Position numbers and translations under genes: made by a program. Shown here in pieces: positions 37,150-48,827 of a stretch of DNA of 64,000 bases. Positions within the stretch are counted from its first letter, which is position 1; each line of letters opens with the position of its first letter. This DNA is from Octopus bimaculoides (taxonomy: Eukaryota), in assembly GCF_001194135.2 (NCBI RefSeq), contig NC_068998.1, forward strand, positions 25,601,696 to 25,665,695, in the 5' to 3' direction. The notes beneath the pieces are model-generated. The model saw nothing but the letters and a program-made list of their open reading frames with translations, did no database searches and was not told the origin of the DNA.

Positions 37150-38926
37150 GAATGAATTCTTTATTGTCCACAGGGGATTAAATATAGAGGGGACAGTACA
37201 AATACAAACAGAACAGTACAAAAAAAAAAAAGAAACACAAATGTGGGGAAAAAAACGAATGAAAAACAATAAGAGAAAATTAATGAAGGGGTGGAATGAC
37301 CACCACTCGAAACACCCCACTCCGAATGACAAGATTAAACTCTTTTACAACCAATTACATAAATAAAGTTTTTATATCATTTCTTTTTAAATATCTAGAA
37401 GACTCACCGATATCGGCTTCAATGTTCGTAAGGTACACACTTTCCTCGAACTTCTCCTGCAGTCTGCGAAATTACCCTCCGCCAACAAAAACACATCTAA
37501 TATTTGAGGGATACTTCATACAAGCAGGAATATCAACTTTCACAATGTCTTTTAAACTGTTTATTTCCTTCGTCAGCTCATTAAACAGTTCATTGAAAGC
37601 TATAACACAGCTCTTTTCACAGGGTGTGGGCTGGGGGATTTGGGGCTCCTGCAATTCTGCTTTTGTGTCTGTAGGGTCAGGGTCGATGTCAGTGATTGGT
37701 GGAGTAGGTCGAGGACTGGTGCCTGCAGGGGTAGGGTTGGTGGCACGGGGTAGGGAAGGGCGGGTGTATGGTTGGGGTCATCATCACTTGTGTGGTTTCG
37801 CTTCTTCTTCTTTCTGTTTCTTTTGGTGATTTATTACATCCATTTGCTGTTTCTTCTTCCACTTATTTGTCATTTCTTTTCCGTTGCAAATGGCTCTTCT
37901 TCGCATATTCCTTCATTCAACGCTGCAATAGTTGGAAGTGCAGTTTCCCTCACTACCGTTATGACCACCGGTGCCTTTGCGGGAGGGGGAGGGCAATCCG
38001 CTCTTATGTAGCCCTTCTGGCCACACTTGTAGTAGCGCGGATTTCTGTCCTCTACTACAACTCTCAATCTTTTATCATCCATCACAATGGGATCGATGAT
38101 GTTTTCCAAATATTTCGGGGCAGCCTGGATGATCATTTCCAGTCCCTGCGCCAGCCAGTTCCGCGTTCGTGTTTTCATAGATTGGAGGATCAATATTTTC
38201 TCCTCTAAGCCCATCATTAACACTGCCACCAGCCAGGCAACATCCGCCTCAGGTGGTATCTCCTCTACCCTTACTCTGGAAGCACGTATTCCAAGGTAAG
38301 TTGGTAGTAATATACTTTCCTCTGCTTTCAGGGAGGACACAGAGTGTTGCCTGGCCAATTCTTCTGTTGGGAATCGTACTTCCACTGGAGCGTATTCGGC
38401 CAGGTTACAATATTTCCGGCCAGACGGGTGCCAAGCACTTTTCAGTTTGTACCTTGGTTGCCATTTCAATTTTCTTCTCCTTTATCACATATGTCTTAGA
38501 TATCATCGTTTTCTTGCAAATGTCCCTCGTAATTTCGTTAGGAGGGGTCAATTCTACCTCGAACCCCTCTCCTTGATATTTTACCAAGTCCTACCTTTCA
38601 AACTCCATATTTTTCTTCGACACGCCCGCTGCTGTCCCATGACTTTCGATACTTTTTCCGGTTTCTTTTTCTTTTCCTCCTCTTACCAGCTCTCCCTCCT
38701 TGCCACTCGCGTAATACATCAATTCACTGTCCGACAACGCCACGCTGGACGAACTTACATCGTGTTTCCTCATAACACCTCTCCTTCAAACAAGGTGGGA
38801 ACGACAACTAGACCACCGCAAAGCAGTGAAACATGAGTGTCTGACAAGCACAAGCAATAACAAAGTAACAACTGTAATAAAACAAGTGATACGGACTGTA
38901 ATTCACGATACTAACTCTAGGTGTCA
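37150..38926 (-). mobile_element. ORF1-only non-LTR retroelement, copy 1 (gag-like, CCHC knuckle, no RT)
   Basis: Broken ORF 38773 to ~37355 incl. VEVRFPTEELARQHS..RVRVEEIPPE..RNPRYYKCGQKGYIRADC; ~200-nt 3' UTR ending in an aataaagaattcattc tail; candidate TSD aaattac at 37143-37149 and 38927-38933. Confidence 0.75.
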
Positions 38927-38933
38927 AAATTAC

Positions 38934-40620
38934 AAATGAATTTATTCTGGCCATGAAGGCCTTACATAGAGGGGACAGCACAAATACAAACATAAAAGTG
39001 GGGGGGAAAAAGTTTTAAAACCAGTGCAAAAGATGTAAAATAATTAAATGAGAGGATGAAATGACTGCCGCTCGAAACCCAACGCTCCGAGCAACCTCAT
39101 TGAATATTATTACAAACAATTACATTAATTAAATTTATCTTTCTTCTTTTTCTGTTAGACTTTAATCGTGCAAACTTACAAATTTTTAATCGACTGCACG
39201 GTCGATTTCTATCGTCCGCCCATCACTGATCGATTCATACTTCCTTTTTAGTTCTTTAAGATGCTCTTTACTAATAACTATGCCACTCGCGTTATCAAAG
39301 TAGTTATCAGCTTTGCACAGATTCACGCCCTTGTCAATTTTCTCCATCTCCTCCGCCAACTTTTTAGTCGACCTACAGAATATTGCAATGTAGCACTTTA
39401 CATGGGGTGAAGGCTGGGGTTTTTCGATTCATGTCTGCTTGTTTTTTTTTTGTAGGAGTAGGGTCAGGGTCAGTGTTTCGTGGTGCAAGGCAGGGGCTGG
39501 TGCATGGAGGAGAAGGGTGGGGAGGAAAGGGTGGGGAGGGATGAGGTGGGATCGGGTCGGGGATCTTGTTCACTGGTAGGTTGTCTCTTCCTTCGTTTCC
39601 TTATTTTAGGTTCGGCCGTCCATTCTTTCATTGCTTGCTCTTGTTCACATGGATACTCCATTTGTATTTCCATCGCCTTTGGTGCCATAGTGGGTGGAAG
39701 TACGGTTTCCACTGGTTGAGCAACTGGAATCTCTACAAGGTGGGACGGCACTCAGCTCTTATATGGCCCATCTGGTCGCACTTAAAACACCGGGGTTTCT
39801 GCCCTCCACCATAACCCTCAGCTTTTTCCCCCACTACAATGGTGTTCATTATCGTGTCCAAGTGTCTGGGGCAGCCTGGATGACCATTTTCAGGCTTTGG
39901 TCTATTCAGTTCCGTGCTGGTACTCTCGCGGCCTGATGGATTGTTACTTTCTCCTCCAGGCCCAATACTATGGCCGCAATCAGCCAGGCAGCATCCACCT
40001 CCGGTGGTATCTCCTCCATCCTCACCCTGGAAGACCGTCTTCCGACGAAGACGGTAGGAGGATTGTATTCTCTGTTGCTAACGAGGTCATGGAGTGTTGC
40101 CTGGCCTTCTTTTCAGCGGGAAGCCTCACTTCCACTGTTGCGAATTTGCTCCCCCCGCCCAGGTATGTTATACCTGACCAGAAGGGAGCCTAAAACTTCT
40201 CGATTTCCCTTCTATCAGCCACGTTGATGGATTTTTCTTTTCTATTAAAACTTTTGAATGTTACCGTTTTCCTGGTTACACTCTGAGCCACTTCACCGGG
40301 AGGGGACTATCTTATTTTCTGTCCTTCCCTATACAACCTGCTTTTGTATTTATTTAATTCGTTCGTTACCACTGCCAAATGTTTCCTTTCTAAACCGGCC
40401 GCAGCCGAAAAATTCTTCTTTTCACTCGCCGTATTTCTATCCCTCAGTTCCTCCCCCATGCTTTTCACACATTGTAGGAGCTCGTTCTCCAACGAATCTA
40501 TGTGGGAAGAGCCAATCTCCTCGAAGTTGATCTTCATGATAAATATCAAACTTTCCCTCCTTCAAACAAGGTGGATACAACGTCGACAAATCCGCTCGCA
40601 CGGGAGAAACAAGGTGTTTT
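38934..40620 (-). mobile_element. ORF1-only non-LTR retroelement, copy 2 (divergent paralogue)
   Basis: VEVRLPAEKKARQHS..RVRMEEIPPEVDAAWL..RCFKCDQMGHIRAEC (CX2CX4HX4C at 39748-39789); same 5' motif and 3' tail as copy 1. Confidence 0.75.
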
Positions 40621-43600
40621 AAGCCACAACAACTAATTTAAGAAACGCAGCAGCTTGAGACAAAAGCAATTAAGCTTACAAACCTTGAAACTTTGAAACA
40701 CCACGTCCGAACTCAAAAAGTGTGAAATTTTGAATGCCAGGAACGCGGTTCAAGTTGATATTTATACTCATAATCTCAATGAGATGCACGTGCATTTTGG
40801 TTTTCATGACAATGTTTTGGCGACTGCCACTCGCAGCATTCAATGCAGCTGCGTTTTGGCGTCTCGTTTCTGAGAAAGTTGAAAGGTTAACTTCAATTTG
40901 GACCTCAGCCATAAACCAGCATGTCTTGGAATATTTACACTTACATCCCCGAAATAAGTTTTCAGAATTTACCATATAAAAATGACATCTGAAGAAATCG
41001 CGTTTCTTTAGCGGTTCAGTTTACGCTTGTACTCACACAAACACACATACAGAAGTTTCTCTATCTCTTACACACTCTTATGTTTATCTATATTTTACTG
41101 TTTATTTGTGTCTCCTTTTGACCATGTCCTTCTTTACAGCTAAATACACTTCTGCCCCAAATCATATACACGCACAAGCCTTGCTGCCACATATTTTGTA
41201 GTTTAATAATGTAATATTTGTGCAACTCGCAGCTGGGTAAAACTTCTAAGACTTGACAAGAATAATATATTTGTGGATACAATATTTAAAACGAAATATC
41301 AGAAATGTATATCGGAGTCTTTAAATGATTAAAGTTACAAGGAAATGAAAGACTTTTAATTCCCTTGCTTTTTGGCTTTCGGCTACTATCGTGATTACAA
41401 CTCCACTTGTTGTATTTGTTTGCTCTAGTCATCAATCTTGAAGAATTGAATTCATCTAGACAGAGCAGATATTATTTTCAACATTTGCTATACGACTTAG
41501 CCATTACGTGAACTGAGAAGAGGATTTTTCTATATATGTCATTTAGATAAATATCAATTTATCTCCCTGATATTTTCCCTCCAATTTTCACACATTATAC
41601 AATCTCAAATTACTTGTTACTTTATATATAACTTTCATCACACACTTTTTTAATCTTTGCTACTATTCTAAATTATTAACTCAACTTTCATTTTCATTAG
41701 AACAATGACAGAAATATTTTCGATGAAAGTAAAAACAAAGTCGGAAAGCTAAATAGTTTTCAGAATTAATTTGTATTTACGTGATTCTGTACATTAAGGG
41801 ATATTACGGGTTTGCATTAAAGCACTTCTCTTTATGTTTCTTATAAATTATAGATACGACTTTTCATATATTCTACATCTGAATATAATCATTAAACATC
41901 ACGATGGAAATGATAAAGGTTAAATATACTTAATCTTCTCAATAAATGTCTATACATACTACACACTCTTAAACACGTGAATATAATCCACACATACATA
42001 TACAAACATTCTAAAGGCGTCTAGTCATTATGTCGTACGACAGAAATATATGACTTATGTAGTCATTCAATTGCAGCTGCTTATGAGTTGTTCTGATAAA
42101 TTAAACAACTAAACTTAATACAGTTCTAATGTTTATAATGTTACTTTTCATATCCTATTTGTCATGAATATTTCCACCTGCCCCAGTGAGCAATAACGCT
42201 TTATGTTTGCCTCATAGACATTATTCTGGTGCTTACATTTTTAATGTTTTAGATTTTTATACTTTATATATAAAATATATTCAACATAAGATTCAAAGAC
42301 ACTTATGCACACAAGTACCTGTATTTATGTATTTGTATGTATATATTCGTATATGTGTATATTTCTATGTATTATTATGCGCATATATATATATATGTAT
42401 ATATACACACACACACATATACACATATATATATATATACATACATGCATACATATTTATAAATGTATATGTGGGGGGAGGGTCGGGTTTAGTAGTGCGT
42501 GTGTGGGTGTATAGATCTACGTACAATGTAGCTACTATATACTCATAGGCTTCAATGTATGCATGTGATACACACATAAGTATATGTGATACACAAATAA
42601 GTATATAAGAATAAATAAGTATTTACTATGTCAGTATTTTAGCACGAACAGCTAAGTTAGGAGAATGCAAACACACCACCACCGGTGGCCAAGCAGTGGA
42701 GGGGAACACAGACACACGAACACACACACATACAAATATATACACACAACACACAGGCTCAAGCATACACACACACAGACATACACACACAGATATATAC
42801 ACATACCTGTTTATCTGCTATATATTGCACTTTCAGGTACCTGCGTGAATTATCCTAGATCTAATGATGGACAGATCTGAGTTTTATCGGAAGTATTTAT
42901 CTCTAATATTAGCTGAAATAATCGAGGAAATTAATGTAGAAAAATTGAATACATATACTGGGGAAATATTAACTAAAAACATTCGATTTACGAAAAGTCA
43001 GAATTTTAAACAAATGAATGTTGTTCTGACGCAATTGAAGTAAGCTGTTGCATATTAGCTTCGAGGATGAATGGAAACTAAATATGTACAAATTGAAGAG
43101 AACTGCAACTTTGAAACGAAACACTTAAAGGAATAAGAAACATTGAGACATTTAATAGGGTGTTGAAAGTTTCTAAGTGGATTCATGAACATAAAAAGTT
43201 GAAAAAGACAGATACAATGACGTGAGAGATGTTTCCCTGGCTCCACTGACACCCAAGGAAACAGAGATAAAACACGAATGTTAGATTTGTCAGGAAAGGA
43301 GACACGAGCTCTAATGGCCCTGCAACCACAAATGTGAACACCAAGGAGATGAACAAGCTAAAATAGGAAACGAAAAGAAAGAAGAAAAGAAAGCAAAGCC
43401 TCTGAAAACAAACAGGAAAATGACGATGCGGACACAAAAAAGTAGAAACGCAAAATAGAAGAACCAAGGAAAGATTGACCATGCGCGAAAGTACGAATAG
43501 TTAAAAGAAAGTAAACGCTGTAACAAGAAAGACCCCACACAATAGAAATGGGATGAGAGATCACATACAAGCGTATAAATTCTACCTACGCGGTGTCTGC

Positions 43601-44339
43601 TGGCATGGAGTCAATGGAGCAAACTGTCGTTTCCCACATCCAAATCCCTGCCAAAGCTGCATGTGACAGAAGAAACAGATCTGTTATTGGGTGTCTTTCT
43701 TGTGGTGGTGGTGGTGGTGGCTGAGGAGGAGGAGGAGGAAATGTTCGTGGTGGTGGTGCCTATGGTGGTAGCGATGGAGGCGGCAGTGTTCTTGCTANNN
43801 NNNNNNNNNNNNNNNNNNNNNNNNNNNNNNNNNNNNNNNNNNNNNNNNNNNNNNNNNNNNNNNNNNNNNNNNNNNNNNNNNNNNNNNNNNNNNNNNNNNN
43901 NNNNNNNNNNNNNNNNNTCCTGATTCTCGTTGTCGTTTTTCTTTTTTGATTCCGTGGTTTTGGTGAAGGTCTTGAAATTACGGTCATGGGTTTCCTCTGC
44001 TGTGTTGTCGCTACTGTTGCTGTTATCATTGTTACTACTTCTGCTGCTGTCACTGCCTTGTTCTCTCCCCCCCCCCATCGGACACATAAACGTCGTTCGC
44101 CACCTTTTACTTTTCAAACAAAAATTGGGGAGGTGTGTCTTTGCTAATCAAACCCCATTTTAGCTCCTAAGTATTACAGATTGAGAAAAGTAACCAGCGC
44201 TCTAACGGCCTGGTTAATTTATGTAGAAAACTATAACAATTGTTCAGTATATGTCTTCGTTTAAAAATAGAAATAATAACAAACTTACAATGTGCAATAC
44301 GTGTCTATAAAAATAATAATAATAATCGTTTCTACTACA

Positions 44340-44535
44340 TACACAAGGCCCGAAATTGGGGGGGGGGGTAGTTGATTAGGTTGTCCTCAGTACTCGACTG
44401 GTACGTTTTGCATCGACTACGAGATGATGAAAGAAAAAGTCTACATCGGCGAAAAATGAACTGAGAGCGTAGCGACGGATGACGTACCGCTAAGAATTTT
44501 CCTGGCTTGCTAACGATTCTGCCAGCTTGCCGCCT
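44340..44535 (-). mobile_element. SINE family 1 with tail type B
   Basis: rc of the ggcggcaagctggcagaatcgttagc head, core, and aggcccgaaattgggg tail. Confidence 0.85.
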
Positions 44536-44538
44536 TAA

Positions 44539-44641
44539 AGAAGAAGAAGAAGAAGAAGAAGAAGAAGAAGAAGAAGAAGAAGAAGAAGAAGAAGAAGAAG
44601 AAGAAGAAGAAGAAGAAGAAGAAGAAGAATAAGAAGAAGAA
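44539..44641. repeat. (GAA)n microsatellite, ~33 units
   Basis: Direct inspection. Confidence 0.98.
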
Positions 44642-46830
44642 GGCGTATGTCAGTCAAATCTTGGCCTTCGCGTGGCTCAGCTGTTCAGAACTTGCAGTAG
44701 AAAGGAAATGAAAGGGTGAGTGTCTGGCATCTTCAAATAACCAGTGCTCCGGGTAGGTTGAGTTCCTTAGACCTGGATAGCACTCAGCCCAGAAGTAAGA
44801 CCACTCTGATTCCAAAACCACGGGTGGAAGGCCTCGATGAGCAACCTTTTTAGAGATAGTATCTCGTTAAAAATATTGCTTGGCGACACCCCCTAAGAAC
44901 GTTCCTCATTTATGAGTGAAAATATCAAACAAAATCGCTAACTATAAACGGTGTGATCGGGTATGGAACAGTGAAGATGCTGGACCAGGCAAGCATCTTA
45001 AGGGGCAGCAGGTTGGGTCCGGTTGTAATACAGCCACTGCCAGCTATGCTGCAAGACAAAAGTGGATTAAACAAGTAAACATGATGGTTATGCTGTGTTA
45101 CTATCGGAGCATTTCTGTAGATACAAATGGTGTACCAGTCACAGGATACAGACAACGAATGTACAGAGAATGGAAAAGGATTGAACTGTTTGAAGCCACA
45201 GAGCAGGCAGAGATTATGTGGTCAGACAAGAGCAATACGAAAGAATGTGTGGTTATCGGGTTGGAGGTAGAAGCTATCATAGAAGAATATCTGAGAATTC
45301 TGAGATGATACGAAATGAAAGGGGTATAATAGAAGAAATGGACAATTTCTCACGAGAATATAGTGTTGTGATTGGTGAAAGAATCGAGATCAGAGACAAT
45401 TTAAACGATAAAGATTAGATGATAATCAACAGAGGTTTGAATCTACTAAATAGGAACAGACAGCATTTATGTGTGCTTTCAAGAAAGCTGATCAATGATG
45501 GCTAAATCAAGAGATTATTTAGGGTGATAATGTATTGAAAGATATTGAAATAATGAACACCACTAAAACAGATAAACTCCTCAAGGCTACAAGTAGGATT
45601 GCTGCAGAAAGGATACGACTGAAAATTAGTGAGAACAGAAGCTTGTAAAGTAAATAAACAACCTTGGTGAAAAAGGAGAATATCAGAAGATATAAGCTCT
45701 TTGAAAAGTGCAGCGTCAATACTTGACTGGAAAAGGAAAGGGGAACTGAAGGATGATCTGAAAGACTAAACAAACAAAAGGACTGAATATTGTAAATGAA
45801 GAGCTGAAACAACGCATACTTGCCAAGAAGTCCAAAGTAACGAGGTTTGAGCAAACGATTAAACAATATCGGTTTAGAATCGACCTGAAAAATTTTATCA
45901 AGAAATGATTTAGCACGCGTAAGATTAATACCTGGCGCAGGTGATACTCGACAGTTTTGAGTGCAATATGGAATATGAAAGAACAACATACTACTGGAGC
46001 TGAATGGCCCTGCAGTCTAAAGCAAACATCCTCGCTACCGAGGACATTCAGAAACATGAGCAAAAGTAAGAGCAAAAACATGAGCAATCGGAAAGCAGCA
46101 GGACCTGTTGTTCAGGGATTCTGGATTAAAAAAAATTCAGGAGGTGCCATAAATTGATTAAAGAGAATTTAATGTATTGATTGTTGGGGCAGAAGAAATT
46201 CCAGGGTGATTAACCAAAGGACGAACAGTGTTGTGTTTGAATGATATATAGAAAGGAAATGCCGCAGGCAATTAAAGGCCTATTTCTTGCCTTCCATTAA
46301 TTTGGTGGTTACTGCCGGGGGTGGGGGATTGCAGACATGTACAAATTTCTTGATGGTAATGACATTGTACCAATGGTACCACAAGGATTGTAAAAAGAAA
46401 TGCAGTGGTGCCAAAGACTAATTGATACATGAAATGGTAATAAAAGATTGTAAACAAAGGAAGACAAATTTAGTAATGGCTGGATTGATTACGGCAACAC
46501 TTACGATATGATTCCCAATTGGTGGAGTTCTTCGATATCTTTGGAATTGTAAGGACTGTAACATGCTTTCTGAAGAAAAATATGGAGGGCTTCAAATCTG
46601 AGTTGTTACCGTACAGACAAAGCTTGGGCACTCTGGGAATGACGACAGGGATTTTACACGGAGGTAGCTTATCGCCATGCATTTTGGACAATGCATGAAC
46701 CTCTGACATTGGTGCTGACGAAAATAGACCAGGAATATCATTTCAAGGGAAAAATACAGAGTGCCAATCATCCTTGATAATTTAAAGCTGTGGCAAGAAT
46801 ACGATACAAGTAAGATACTTGGTGAATATT
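44642..46830 (+). mobile_element. R4/Dong-like non-LTR retrotransposon (5' UTR, N-terminus, RT domains 0-3), 3' truncated, decayed
   Basis: RQKWIKQVNMMVMLCYYRS..GYRQRMYREWK..EATEQ; RKAAGPVVQGFWIKK; WLTKGRTVL..GN.RPISCLP; AWIDY-like (aatggctggattgattac). Confidence 0.88.
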
Positions 46831-46938
46831 CCCCACTGTTTTATTGCTGATGTTAAGATGGAATTCGGACACACGACCAGCAGTTTTAGGGGAGGCGGTT
46901 CTCAGTGTGCAACAAGTATTTATGTTATCGACCACGAA

Positions 46939-46939
<1 letters not shown>

Positions 46940-46995
<56 letters not shown>

Positions 46996-47008
46996 GAGTA
47001 GTAGTAGT
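46940..47008. repeat. (TAG)n microsatellite
   Basis: Direct inspection. Confidence 0.97.
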
Positions 47009-47438
47009 CGTATAGCTGTGAAAGCGATTGTAAAACTTAGTTACTAGTGTAAAAATGTAAGGATATAATTAGAGTAAGATTAAAACAATTCGAAAATAAT
47101 AAAAAGAAATAAAAATAAGATAAATATTCCCAAATAGAAATTAGATGGGATGTGCGTAGAAATAGCGTTAATGTGTCGATCAAAATAGAACTCGGGTTAT
47201 CTGGGTGAGAATAATAGTGATTGTTAAAATTTAAATGCAATTAAAAAAAACAACTGTTGCAAATTTTACCTGGTAGGATAGTGAGAAGCTGTGTTACTAA
47301 AGGGTTACATGGTCATAATGTGCTTAACGGTTAGTGTATATATACATGTATATATATTTATACACAGAGACAGACACACACACACACATACACACACACA
47401 AAAACACATACACACTCACATATGTATGTATATGTATG

Positions 47439-47483
<45 letters not shown>

Positions 47484-48049
47484 CGGAAAGACGATTCGTC
47501 ACATTCCTGGCCAGCCACATGTGACGCCTCTAGCATGAAGGAACCCCATACGATATCAAGTGAAGAATTCATAGAACGGCCGGAAACCCTTCGTTACCGA
47601 AAGCTGATGTTGCAAGCTTTGTATTGCTAAACGAGTTAGGAACCTCAAAGAATCACTGAAAGCTGGATCACTGAAAGCTGGACTACTGAATGCTCGTGAG
47701 GAAAGTTACAGCCCCTGCATCCATCTCCGTTCTCTGATTAGACCCGGAAAAGACCTTACGAAATGAAAGCAGCCCAAACGCAAAATGCCCTTTTCCCCAC
47801 CTTTTGGCTGAAATAAACTGTTCTAAGGGAGGTAACCCATCCTCTCCGATCCGAGTGTTTATTCTTTGGTGATTTACTAACCACCTGACTGTAACGGATT
47901 GCTGCTTCATCCAGATGAAGAGTTACATTTGTCTTCGACTTTAGAATCTGGCGAGCCGTCCACGGGGCTAAGCCCTTTGTGGATGCGAAACCATTGGTCA
48001 CTTTATAACCAGACATAGATTTAATTACATATAAATGTATGTATATATA

Positions 48050-48540
48050 TAGGGGGAGAATTCACAAAAAAAAACAAAAGACGAAGACAAGCGGTATAGA
48101 CGACAAACACATGTATTAGTATAACGCTCGGGAAATGAAAAAGTCTTTAACGTTTCGAGCCTACGCTCTTCAACAGAAAGGAACACAGAATGAAACAAGG
48201 AGAGAAAATAAAGAATGTGTAGTGGCTACCGATCTATCATGGCCTCCTTGTTTCTTTATGTTTTCCTTTCTCGGCTTCCAAGTGGAGATTATTGAGATGG
48301 ATCTCTGTGAGGACGAAAAAACGGATATGGCGTGGATGGTCATTAACCTAGTCCTCAATAAATTGGGCTGATGCCTGGTGCATTGAGCAAAAATGTTGAG
48401 GCGTAGTTGTGACTGATTTTGACTGTTTTGATGATTTGCTTGTTAATGGCAGCAATAGGAGTTTCTGCGATAGGACGCTGGTGGGAGTTGTCTTCTGTGA
48501 TCGCTAGAATGTTCTTTTGTAGCTCTTTTGCCAGATTCAT
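48050..48540 (-). mobile_element. Probable Penelope 3' remnant with hammerhead-like motif (copy 2, 48144-48181)
   Basis: rc CCTTT-CTGTTGA-A-GAGC-GTAG-GCTC-GAAAC-GTT-AAAGA; flanks homologous to 24990-25150. Confidence 0.65.
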
Positions 48541-48636
48541 TCTGGCTAAAAAAGGATTCTGCTTGGAGAATTGGAAATATTTGTAGTTGTGTGTTTTATA
48601 TTAGTTAGGGTTCCCGCGTGCGCATTTTGTTTCTTT

Positions 48637-48827
48637 CATATTCGTTTACAGCAAGTTGTTTTACACCTATTACACTATTTTTCTCTTTATTTTGGCTGTA
48701 GTGAGACGACTCGGAACATTCATGAGGTGATTTTTCCGAGTCCTCTCCCCCACCCACTGTTCGCGAACGCGCAATTATTTTTCCATATTCGTTTACAGCA
48801 AGTTGTTTTATACTTATTACACTATTT
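48637..48827. repeat. 44-bp direct repeat, period 147
   Basis: catattcgtttacagcaagttgtttta(c/t)ac(c/t)tattacactattt at 48637-48680 and 48784-48827. Confidence 0.9.

Larger units (their letters stand above)
36266..41021 (-). mobile_element. Tc1-like (DD34E) transposon interrupted by a ~3.5 kb retroelement insert
   Basis: TIR cactgaaccggaaaagaaacgcg (36266) vs cgcgtttctttagcggttcagtt (40999-41021), TA on both sides; ATG 37129 MTRLSAAPREQAIG..NVHVSTIYRLQQRY; QQDNAP, IPWPALSPDLNPIEH. Confidence 0.9.

Noticed and set aside
40676-40990. Apparent ORFs/exons and E2F-like ttttggcg sites
   Set aside because: Lie inside the 5' subterminal region of the Tc1 element, whose TIR is at 40999-41021
42860-43560. 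Purine-rich stretch suggestive of a decayed retroelement ORF
   Set aside because: No diagnostic motif recognised
43611-44117. 168-aa S/T/N-rich ORF
   Set aside because: Trinucleotide low complexity plus a gap
47490-48020. GC-richer stretch with weak hints of transposase (TLHLDE) or integrase (STGLSP)
   Set aside because: Hints are on opposite strands and individually too weak
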